This document shows, in pieces, positions 18,501-30,500 of a stretch of DNA of 64,000 nt; the first letter of the stretch is position 1, and every line of letters starts with the position of its first letter. Under the pieces are notes generated by a model. It saw only the letters and a list, made by a program, of their open reading frames with translations, searched no databases and was not told the DNA's origin. A program made the translations under genes and the position numbers. Origin of the DNA: Narcine bancroftii (lineage: Eukaryota); assembly GCF_036971445.1 (NCBI RefSeq), contig NC_091471.1:261144001-261208000 (forward strand), in the 5' to 3' direction.

Positions 18501-21500
18501 CCTCGAAATCCTTTCCACTCGTCAGCTGCCTGAGAACAGTCCCGGTGGTGTAATTACACTTACAAGTCAGTTTGACTCTCCAAGTTGTATGTGGTTGGTT
18601 GTGGGTTATAATCTGTGGCATCCATGACATTGATTCCATTGGCTGGTTTATCAGAGAACTGAATGGTTTCAGTATCGTCGTTGCCTTCTGCTGGGACCGT
18701 CTTCACCTGAAAAGGTTAGAAAATGTGTGGAATCAGCATTTCACCTAATCACATAAACCCCCATCTCAATTATTATTTTCAGCAAACTTGGAAATGTGAC
18801 ATTTATTCCTCATGCAGTACTGCATTAACTTGCTATTCAAAGATAAACTAGTCTATTCTAATTTTCTTTTATACAAACACTTTATTAACATAAATACATT
18901 GAGTTAATGAAACAAATTCAAAACAGGAAGTGCAAGACACTATACATCTATATTAAAATGTGGCCACACCTATTGAGGATGGAGTGTCAGTCCATTCCCT
19001 TTGGCGTCAAACATGAAAATCTGCAGACTGTGATTGAGGTAAATATATCGGCAGGTACCTTCATCCAACACATTATCCTCTGTCATTTCCGTCACCTACA
19101 ACAGGATCCCACCATGAGGCACATCTTCCCCTTTCCTCCCTTCTCTGCCTTCCATAGGGAACACTCCCTCTGTGACTCCCTCATCCACTCCTCCCTTCCC
19201 ATCAATCGCCCCCATGGCACCTTCCCCTTGAGGCCACACATGCCCACTCCTCCTTCCTCACTGCTATTCGGCCCTTTGAAATGAATTCCCTCCATCTGAG
19301 CGAGGAGATAGGAACTCAGCTTAAGAACTCGCATGAAAGGCGACACCTCTGGCAGGACTGTACCCCTTCAGAATTACAATGGAGAGTCAGGCTGGATTTT
19401 GTCTACAACACTCTGGATTTCAACTTGAACCCACATCTTTCTGAAGAGGAGGAGGAAGGAAATTCCAGCATTAGGGGCACAGGTAGCTTTAGGCATGTCT
19501 ACCAATGATTGTGTATGAGCGTTGAGGTTGATCAAGAGGGCAGGTCTGGAAATATATCAGCTTTCAGGTGGAATCACTGGGAGAATACGGCTCTGGAGCC
19601 AGCTGTGGGTGTCTGTGAAAGGCTGTTCAGGTGGCAGCGCTGAAAGTGGTGTCCTGCCACCTGAAAGGTCCGCAGCGGGGAGAGGTGCCGCAGAGCAAAC
19701 ACCGGCTCCCGAAGTCCTGCGCCGGCTGCTCCAGCCCCGTAGTCCCGCGCCGGTCACCCCATCCCTGTAGTCCCACACCGGGAGGCTGTCAGGCAGCGGG
19801 CAGGGGGCTGTCAGGCGCGGGGAGTTGGGTCACTGGCTAACTGTCATCAGCCTTCCCCCTGCTAGACACCTGAAAGCTGCTAGCCGCTTTGCCTTGCTGC
19901 TTTCAGGTGCCTAGAGGGAGCGCTCAGAAGCAGAGAATATACCTCCCCGAGGTGGGTTGAGTAAGTGCTCCTTGGGGATGGGTTCTCCACTTTCAGGTGG
20001 CCTCCCGACAGCCGCATTCAGGTATTTTAGGCGGCTTTACGTTTGGGTATTCTGGCCACCTGAAAGCGGATAGTATATTCTGACTAACAGAATGCTGCAG
20101 GGACAAGTCGGAGGATGGGATATGAAAACAAGATTGGGAACTTGAGGTGTTATTTGGCTTCTCCTTGTTGACATTTCCTCCTCTTGGCTCCTGAATCTTA
20201 TCAGGATTTGGTTCCAATCACAGACCCACACAGGTTGCCAACAGCAGCTAATTACTGAGGGTGAAACTGGAGTTGTGTGACGACACTGTTTGACTGCTTG
20301 GCAAATCACGGCCAAGTTCAATTGAAATTTATGCGCATGTCCATTTTCAGCCAAGCTTCAACAGAGGGCACTCACGAGCTCAGATCACAGCTCCATCCAT
20401 CCCCAGAAAACTTTTAATTATGTCAACCAGTGGGGAAGTTTTCACTGCACACTAAATTAAAGTGGTATTTATTAGTGCGACAGGTTTCAGTCAGTGAATG
20501 ATTGTTATGAATATGCAAATTAGGAGTGGGTGTAGGTCACCCAGTCTCTGAAGCTTGGACACCATTTAGTAAGATCATAGCTGATTGTAATCTCAAGTTT
20601 CCATTCCTGACTACATATCTGCCCCAGGTAACTTTTCATTCCCTTGCTTGCCAAAAATTCTGATGAGATTCTTGACCCATAATGGAGTGAAACGCGAAAG
20701 TCTGCAGACGATGTGACTGTAGTAAAAACACACCAAAATGCTGTAGGAACTCAGCCGGTCTTGCAGTGTCCATTGAAGGTAAAGACATATTACCGATGGT
20801 TCAGGCTGGAAACGTCAATAATATATCTTTACCTCCTATGGATGCTGCAAGACCAGCTGAGTTCCTGCAGCATTTTGGTGTGTTTTTACAACAGTCACAT
20901 CGTCTGCAGACTTTTGTGTTTCACAGATTAAGAAGACTACTTAAACGAGGAAGGATTCATTTTTCAAGGGCTGAAACAGAAAAGAGCAGGAATTGCATTA
21001 AACGTAATCTATGGTTAGATTACAATTGGGGCACTGTAAGGAGTTCAGTCACTATTATATACCATCAACAATCCCACACACACACTTTCCCTCCCTCCCC
21101 AGGGCCCTAACATTTACTGTGCAAGACATGCTCAGGCTTGCTTTACCTTGCACTTATCTGAACTAAACTCCGCTTGCCATTTCTCGGCCCACTAACACTG
21201 ACCCAGCTGATGAAGAAGGTGACAACCTTTCTCAATGTCTACCACCAACATTAGTGTCATCCGCAGCAAACTTACTCACCAATATTCTCATTCAAGTCAT
21301 AAAGATAAAAGATGAACAACAGTGGCCTTGTCAAAGTCCACGAGATATCATCTACCACACTGCCCTCCTCAATCTTCTTGTCACCTCTTCAGAAAATTCA
21401 ATCAAATTTGTGAGGCACAATTTTCCACACTCAAAACCCATGCTGATAGATTCTCCCTCTTCCCCACCATTGATGTTTGGCTCACTTAGCTCCCAGGTTT

Positions 21501-24500
21501 TTCTTGGCAGTCTTTCTTAAATAAAGGCACAACGTTAGCCATCCTCCAGTGTTCCATCACCTCACCCATAGGTAATGATGACACAAATATCTCTGCTAGA
21601 ACTTCTCCCCCAACCCCCCAGTGTGCAAGGATACACCATCTGGCCCCCACCTTTCTCCCATATCCCTATGTACCACACTTCCCTTTCTTCTTTTGATCAT
21701 AATTTACACGACTGTTTCAATTGTCCTCTGTGAGCACAGTCTTTAGCTCCCTGAATAAAATGATTTCCCTGAAAGTAAGACATGGGAGGAAACTGGTTAC
21801 TCAATCTCCACTGAGTGATAGTAAAGGGGAGATGCTGATGAATTCCAAAGGAATATTTATTGCTTGATGTGTATAGAAAGTCCAAGGGTTTTATGTCCCT
21901 GGGAGAGAACAAATTAGAATGACAGTGTTAATGTACAACCAGAGATTAACCCATTTGTACCACACTGAAGGAGCCAATTCAGCTGTTTACGTTGCCAAAG
22001 AGCCCTTCCTAAAGCCCAATTAAGCCAAAAAGACCAAAATGAGGCATTCAAACTGGCCAAACGCCACAGACTCACGGAGAATGAACCATGCAAAGGAGCA
22101 GGCTGTCAAAATCTCTCGGAGAGGCGAGCCAACCCCGTCCAGCTGCAGGCTATGAACCTACCCAGCATCTGAACCAATTAGTGTCTGGGAGCCGTGAGAT
22201 AACAAGAATCTGCCTTCCAACAGCATCACCAACAGAAAACAACAAGCTGCTCTAAAAGACGTGCAAAACCAGACATAGCCGCCCTAGAGAACTTAGCCAT
22301 GGCAATACAAGCTGTTCACTTCATTACAGGACAAAGGCCACATGCAGCATACACAGGGTGTAGGCAGCAGCTACCTTGACACAAGGCAAACTGGTGACCC
22401 CTTTTGATTAGTAAATCAACTCTATCTCTACATCACGACTCCTCAATGCACCCTGCCTCTTCCAGTGATCCCACAGAGCTCCCTTGAAACTTTCCTCTCT
22501 CTTGTTAAAATTCCCCATTCTCTAGATATTTCCTCCTCCCAGCTTTGCAATCAAAAGTTTATTGGCCTTCAGCTGACCCAGGTTTGCTTTCAAGTCTCAT
22601 TCCTCCTTACATCTGTAACATGACAGGCCCTGCAAACTTCCAGAATCCCACACTCTTTGAATTCTGCAGCATTCTGAATTTTAATCACTCCACTGCAGAC
22701 AAGTGTACCTTAACTACTGAATTCATTCTTCCTCTTCCCCTTTGCAAAACACATTAAAATAAACTCTGGGTCACCTTTCTTAATATCTCCTGTCCAACTG
22801 GTGCAAACGTTTATTGGACAGGGCACCATTGACATGACTTGGGAGGTTTTGGTGTGTTAGTGTTACTGGCAAGTTGTTGGGCTGGTGAATCTTAAAGCTG
22901 CAGTCCCCTCCATAATGTTTGGGACAAAGACATTTTTTTCCTTTATTTGCCCCTGTGCTCCACAGTTTAAATTTTGTAATCAAACAATTCCCATGTGATA
23001 TTAAAGTGCACATTCCAGATTTTATTAAAGGGTATTTGTCTTTATTTTGGTTCACCATGTAGAAATTACAATACTTTTTATACAGAGTCCCCTCATTTCG
23101 GGGCACCATAATATTTGGGACATAGCAATGGTGTGTATATTAAAGTAGCCATGTTTAGTACTTTGTTACATATCTCTGGCATGCAATGGCTGCTTGAAGT
23201 CTGTGATTCATCGACATCACCAGGTGCTGAGTATCTTTTCTGCTGATGCTCAGCCAGGCCTCTACTGCAGCCATCCTGCTCATTTCGGGGGCTTGTCCCC
23301 TCAAGTTTTCTCTTCAGCATATGGAAGGAATATTTAATTGGATTTAGATAAGGTGATTCAAGCATTTTTCAGATTTTAGCTTTGGAAAACTCCTTTGTTG
23401 CTTTAGCAGCAGGTTTGGGATCATTGTCTTGCTGTAGAAAGACGTCCAATGAGTTTGGAGGCATTTGCTTGAACTTGAGCAGATATTTCTATACACCTCA
23501 GAATTCATTTTGCTACTGCCATCAGCAGTTACATCATCAATAAAGATAAGTGCGCCAGTCCCTATAGCAGCAGGGGGTCAGTGCCAAGGGGGGCATCTGC
23601 AGGATTTTCCCCCCCAAATGAGGTGTTGTGCTCCCCCCCATTCGGTCACGGCCATCCCTGGCAATCAGACCTGCCCCACTCCCTCCCACATCAGTAGCAT
23701 CTAGGTTGACGCACGCTAGCGACTCCACCCGCTCCCGGTCACCTCATTAGCGTGACGCAATAGAAAGAGTATCCTCATGCCCCATGTCGGAGGAGCGGAT
23801 GGTGTTATTGACAGGTAGGTTCCATCCAGTACCCCCTATACCCTCCCCACTGGTTAACAGGTCCCTGCTAATTCCTCCACAACCCCGATGACAGGTCCTT
23901 GCCATCCCACCCCCACACCCCTGTCGACAGGTCCCTGCCAGCATCCTGTCCCCAACTAAATGAGCCCCCCTCAAAATCGCTAATGCCCCCTGTAACAAAC
24001 ATTCTGGTGCCAACCTGATACAACAGAATGCCCAGACCATACCAAGTTTCACAGATGAGATGAGATGGCGTTCCTTGCATCTTGCATCTTGGGCAGTGTC
24101 TTTACGTCTCCACGCTTGGCTAATCTTGGTCTCATCTGTCCACAAGACGTTTTTCCAGAATTCTGCTGCCTCTGTTAAATACTTCTTGGCAAATTGTAAT
24201 CTAGCCGTCCTGTTCCTGTGGCTGACTACTGGTTTGCATCTTGCAGTGTAGTGTAGCCTCTGTATTTCTGTTCATGAAGTCTTCTGTGGATTGTAGTTCT
24301 TGACACATTCACACCTGCTTCCTGAAGAGCGTTTCCGATCTGTAGGACAGGTATTTGGGGATTTTTCTTCATTATGATGAGAATTCTTCTGTCAGGAGAG
24401 GGTGCAGAGAAGGTTTACAAGGATGTTGACTGGCTTACAGCATCTGGATTACAGGGAGAGATTAAGGAGACTGGGACTTTATTCATTGGAACGTAGACGA

Positions 24501-27500
24501 TTGCGAGGAGACTTGATAGAGGTATTTAAAATTATGAAAGGAATATATAGACTAGACATAAACAGACTCTTTCCCCTGAGGGCAGAGGAGATTGGAACAA
24601 GAGGCCATGAGTTAAGGGTAAGGGGACAAAACTTTAGGAGAAATATTAGAGGTGGCTTTTTCACTCAATGAGTGGTGGCAGAATGGAATGAGCTTCCGAA
24701 TGAGATAGTTGCGGCAGGGCCCCTTCTGTCATTTAAGAAAAGGTTGGATGTGTACATGGAGGTGAGGGGGTTGGAGGGTTATTGGCAGAGAGTGGGAGGT
24801 TTGAGCTAGTGGAGCTGTTTTAGTAAACCGATGCGGACTCAAAAGGCCAACATGGCCTGTTTCCACTCCGTAAATGGTTATATGGTAATATGGTTATCAG
24901 CAGTGGAGATCTTCCTTGGTCCGCCAGTCCTTTTGTGATTACTGAGCTCACCAGTACACCAGAACACTCTTTCTTCTTAATGATGTTCCAAACAGTTAAT
25001 TTTGGTAATGCTAAGCTTTGGACGATGTCACTTTCTATTTTATTCTTGTTTTTCAACCTCCTAATGGCTTCTTTGGCTTTCATTGGTACAACTCTGGTTT
25101 AAAAATATCAACTACAGAACTAAAAGGTGATCAAAAGCTTAGAATAAAGCCTAGCTCTCTTATACCTGCACCAATGAAGCAATTAAACATACCTGAGTAA
25201 TCACAAAGCCTTGTGAAGTCAAATGTCTCAAACATTATGGTGCCCTAAAATGAGGAGACTATGTATAAAGTGCTGTAATTTCTACATGGTGAAACCAAAA
25301 TGTGTACAAATAATCTTGAATAAAATCTGGAATGTGCACTTTAATATCACATGTGAATTGTTTGATTACAAATGTAAAACTGTGGAGCACAGGGGCAAAT
25401 AAAGGAAAATATGTATCTTTGTCCCAAACATTATGAAGGGCACAGAACAGTATTCCTCACCTTTTCTGCAACTAGAGATCCATAGATTTTCAATCAGCTT
25501 CGTTCCTCGCCATCCCCCCTCCCCCATCAACATTATCCATTATCCTTTCATCCAACTATGGCCCACATAATGGAAACAACTACTGAATAGGCAGCCACTA
25601 CAGACCATAAATCAAAGTTCAGGCCAAGGCTCCCTGCCATAGTGGAGAGATGCCACATTGAGAGCTCAAATTCATTTGAGAATTTAAATGAAAGGTCAAA
25701 ATCCCTCAGTTTTGATGGGGCTATTTTGAAGGGGAGCTCTTTCTAGTGATCAGGCCAAGGTTAATCTGGAAATCATCAACACCTAATGGATTATCTGGTC
25801 TTTAACAGTGTGGTTGTGAGAACCGGGCTGTGTGAAAATCGGCCACAATATTTATAACAGTAGTGACTACACTTCATTAGATCACTCGCTGTCAGGCACT
25901 TTGGATACCCTGACAGGAGATTAACAAATGCAAGTATTTCTTTACTTTTTAAAAAATCCCCATTGCACTTTTAAATAAAGTGAATTATTGGAGGTCTTTT
26001 GGTTCAGCCTCTGGGCTTCTACACAATGCGAGTTGGCAAAGGGAAATGGTTTAGACAGTGGCATTGAGGTGGGGCTGTGAGTGAGTGAAACCCAAGCAAC
26101 AACAATCAAGTTAATCAGTAATTCAACCGAAAGAAATTTTTATCATAAACCAAACAGAGCTTGGCCGTGCAATGTAGCAATTGTTCAGCATTCCACCAGA
26201 AACCGATAAGTCTAAGTGGCAAGAACAAGATCCATTAGTATGGGCAACACATGAGAACTCTCAGAAGTAGTCAGCAAGTTAGGAAGGAGCCTCTCCATCC
26301 TCTGGCCAGGGGACTGGGAACTACAGTCAATATTTGTATCTCTCAAGACTGATGGAGGAGATGAGGCTTCTCGACTGTCCTTTTCTTTGGCTTGGCTTCG
26401 CGGACGAAGATTTATGGAGGGGGTAAAAAGTCCACGTCAGCTGCAGGCTCGTTTGTGGCTGACAAGTCCGATGCGGGACAGGCAGACACGATTGCAGCGG
26501 TTGCAAGGGAAAATTGGTTGGTTGGGGTTGGGTGTTGGGTTTTTCCTCCTTTGCCTTTTGTCAGTGAGGTGGGCTCTGCGGTCTTCTTCAAAGGAGGTTG
26601 CTGCCCGCCAAACTGTGAGGCGCCAAGATGCACGGTTTGAGGCGTTATCAGCCCACTGGCGGTGGTCAATGTGGCAGGCACCAAGAGATTTCTTTAGGCA
26701 GTCCTTGTACCTTTTCTTTGGTGCACCTCTGTCACGGTGGCCAGTGGAGAGCTCGCCATATAACACGATCTTGGGAAGGCAATGGTCCTCCATTCTGGAG
26801 ACGTGACCCATCCAGCGCAGCTGGATCTTCAGCAGCGTGGACTCGATGCTGTCGACCTCTGCCATCTCGAGTACTTCGACGTTAGGGGTGTAAGCGCTCC
26901 AATGGATGTTGAGGATGGAGCGGAGACAACGCTGGTGGAAGCGTTCTAGGAGCCGTAGGTGATGCCGGTAGAGGACCCATGATTCGGAGCCGAACAGGAG
27001 TGTGGGTATGACAACAGCTCTGTATACGCTTATCTTTGTGAGGTTTTTCAGTTGGTTGTTTTTCCAGACTCTTTTGTGTAGTCTTCCAAAGGCGCTATTT
27101 GCCTTGGCGAGTCTGTTGTCTATCTCATTGTCGATCCTTGCATCTGATGAAATGGTGCAGCCGAGATAGGTAAACTGGTTGACCGTTTTGAGTTTTGTGT
27201 GCCCGATGGAGATGTGGGGGGGCTGGTAGTCATGGTGGGGAGCTGGCTGATGGAGGACCTCAGTTTTCTTCAGGCTGACTTCCAGGCCAAACATTTTGGC
27301 AGTTTCCGCAAAGCAGGACGTCAAGCGCTGAAGAGCTGGCTCTGAATGGGCAACTAAAGCGGCATCATCTGCAAAGAGTAGTTCACGGACAAGTTTCTCT
27401 TGTGTCTTGGTGTGAGCTTGCAGGCGCCTCAGATTGAAGAGACTGCCATCCGTGCGGTACCGGATGTAAACAGCGTCTTCATTGTTGGGGTCTTTCATGG

Positions 27501-30500
27501 CTTGGTTCAGCATCATGCTGAAGAAGATTGAAAAGAGGGTTGGTGCGAGAACACAGCCTTGCTTCACGCCATTGTTAATGGAGAAGGGTTCAGAGAGCTC
27601 ATTGCTGTATCTGACCCGACCTTGTTGGTTTTCGTGCAGTTGGATAATCATGTTGAGGAACTGTCAACTGTCCTAATAGTTCAGTAAAAGGCAATTATAG
27701 TTCCATGTCTGATAGGTTAGTCGGCTGACGTTGCTGAGGGCAGTGCGTGGTGTACTATCCAATCCCAGATGCCCACAGATGAGCTAGTGTATCCCACTAA
27801 TAATTATGAACATAATAAAAAACAATATCTAAAATGGATTACATTGGCCATCTGAATGAAACTGTGCCAAAAGGAATGGGCATTAATAGGCATGAAGTTC
27901 ACCAGTGCGCCTGATATTTTCTCAACATCACACAACTAGCATTACTGTTTACACTGTAGCCATTCCCAACCTTCCCAATATAAACTGGAGCTGAAGGTGC
28001 CACAGAGTGCTGTTGTGATACAGTCTCTGTACAATCAGGAGCATGGGGAGGTATTTCTCATGGGTAAATGGGGTGCCCTGCTGACATCAGAACTCTGCAG
28101 GCTGCACAAAGTGTGCTGACTGTACTAAAACAAACCAGAAATGTTTTGCTCCAATATCCAGAGAAACATGTGTCGTCATGGAGAGTAGGCAGTGGAGAAG
28201 ATGCTCTCACTACTGGAATCTGGATAAGATGATTTATCTTTATTCTCATGAAAAGAAGATGGACATGCAGCTTGCAAACTGCCAGGGTCAGATCACTCCT
28301 CTGGACTCTGATCAATGCAATTCCGGAAACACGGTGTGTGCTCTAGATGGAAATGGGTGAACAATGGTTCTGTGCTCTTGCTCACAGTATAAGTGCCAAC
28401 TAGGGAGTGGTCAAACTCATTGATCAGTGCAGAGCTGCATCCCTCCCCAGAGCCAATGTAACAATTCCCTCCGTCATCAGCTATGATTTCTCATTGGCTA
28501 CAGTCAGTGTTGAAGGCTTTGTAAACCATTTGCTAACAGCCTTAAAGCTGAGCTTTGAGGAACCCTGGTCTTGTTGAGTGGGCCACCTTCACTCTTTGCT
28601 GCACTCTTTCACCTGATGCATGATTCCAAGACAGCTGAATTGACAATGTGTCATGAAAGCTGGGATGGCTGAACATCATTGTTTTTCAGAGGAGAATTGC
28701 ATTGGAGATATTTTCATTCAAATACATGCCAATGGTGAGGGCTGTCAAGGTTTTGAGTGAGTGGGATACAGTGGCCAGTTAACTTTATTGATTTTTTTCT
28801 CTCTACATTACACAGTTTGTTTTCGTCTCTATTTACATTGTGTACAGTTTTTTTTTGCTCTACTAATAAGTGGTAATTCTGTCTTGCCCACAGGAAAAAG
28901 GATCTCAGGGTTGTATGTGATTTCATTTATGTTCCCTGACAATAAATCTGAAAATCCTCTTATTTCTTGGCATTTCCAACAAAGCATTTCTTAAAACGTA
29001 TCCTCTTTGACGAAACCTTTGATCACCTACACTAATCACTCCTAACTGTGTCAGTGCTTTTGTGATGCTCGGAAGCACCTTGGTATTTTTTTTTAAACCA
29101 CGTTAAAGGTTGTTAAAGTGAAAACACAAAGCTGGAAAAACTCAGCAAGTCAGATAGCAGACTTTATATAGCAGAGATAAAGATATATAGCCAACATTTC
29201 GGGCTTGAGCACTTGACCTCCAGCATTGTGTTTTTACTTCAATCACGGTGTCTGCTGATTTCCGTGCTTTACACTTAAGGGTGTTAAAAGAAATGCAAAC
29301 TATTAGAAGCTGTGGGCTGAATAACCCCTTTCAGTGAGGAATCAAAGGGTTGGGTGCGGAGAAATATTTCAAGAAATGGCTCAATAAAGTCCTGATATTG
29401 AGAAATAAATCTCAGTGACCGGTTTAAATTTGTTAAAAAGTCTTTGTTTTATGAAAACACTATAAGTGCGTTCTAGGAAAATAGATGCCTTTTATTTCAT
29501 CCTTGTGAGTGTGTAAAAAAAACCCAACTACAACAGTTAATAGCAAACATCAAACAGCTGAGGCTTTATCTAAATGATGTGTTAGTGTTTCACTTTGTGC
29601 ACGTGATAAATCCAATCACTATACACCAAATAATTGACTGTGGTGTTGTCATCAAGTACAGAGAAACATAATAAGGCCATTGAATGCTCCTGCTACTTGC
29701 TCTTGGTCTCTGTGGCATCAGCACATGCATTTTCCATTTCTGGGTCCGAAATGATTGCACAAACAAGATGGAAATCCCCTTTCCCCACTAACTCTGAAGA
29801 GCATGGTATAAAGAAAAGCTCTGATCCAATCCTGCTGACCACCACATGCCTGTATCACGCTAAGAAAACATAAGGAAGCACAGTTGGAGAAAAGCCGTCT
29901 CCTCTGCATAAAGAGATGTCTCCCCTCACTGAGATTCCAGCTGAAGACCACAGGTACAACCAGCTCCCACAATGCCCACCCAATCCAACTGCACCCCGTG
30001 GATATCAATCCCATTCACATCTCTTCCATTTATATAGAAAGTAAACAGTGTGCAATTCCAAAGAGAAACAAGTCGAGCTCCAAAGTATTCACCCTGTCAA
30101 ATATCCATCTCTGGCTAATTGAAGATGGTCCGTTAGCGCCTCTTGTCTCTTAAAGCACGAGACCTTTTAAACCTTAACATTTATCCACCCTTTTCTCTGT
30201 TGTAACTGGGATGAACTTAGATTATCCTGATCAAGTTTCCCTGACTCTCTTTGTACACTTAGAAGCGTTCACCCAGAGACAGTTCAGCCAGAGTTCACTG
30301 ATTCACTGACTGGGGATTGAACCAGGAAGACTCAACATTTTCACTTACCCACTCTTCCACATTTGGTCCCATCTCACCATCAGCAAGGTTCTTGTCCCAG
30401 AAGATATTGGGCTTCCCATATTTCCATATTTTGTGACGTACTCTTTGAGCAAAGAAAGCAATGATACAAAATGCCAGCGCTGCCAGAAAGCCGCAGACAA

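Larger units (their letters stand above)
22901..25445 (-). mobile_element. Decayed Tc1/mariner transposon with about 220-bp IR/DR-type TIRs (22901-23122, 25224-25445)
   Basis: Matching long TIRs starting cagt(g/c)cc; transposase remnants on -: HTH region (KEAIRRL...TVWNIIKK), WTDETKI, SPYLNPI (SPDLNPIE-like); disrupted by frameshifts and insertions. Confidence 0.85.

Noticed and set aside
20660-20705. CTGATGAG...GAAAC..GTC looks like a complete hammerhead core
   Set aside because: Stem II pairs only out of register and stem I cannot form (aaaaatt versus tgcagac); the GAAAC belongs to the adjacent palindromic repeat, so this is a chance juxtaposition
26387-26885. Several antisense/overlapping ORFs over the RTE copies (also 49699-52261)
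   Set aside because: Shadow frames of GC-rich RTE coding sequence, repeated in both copies
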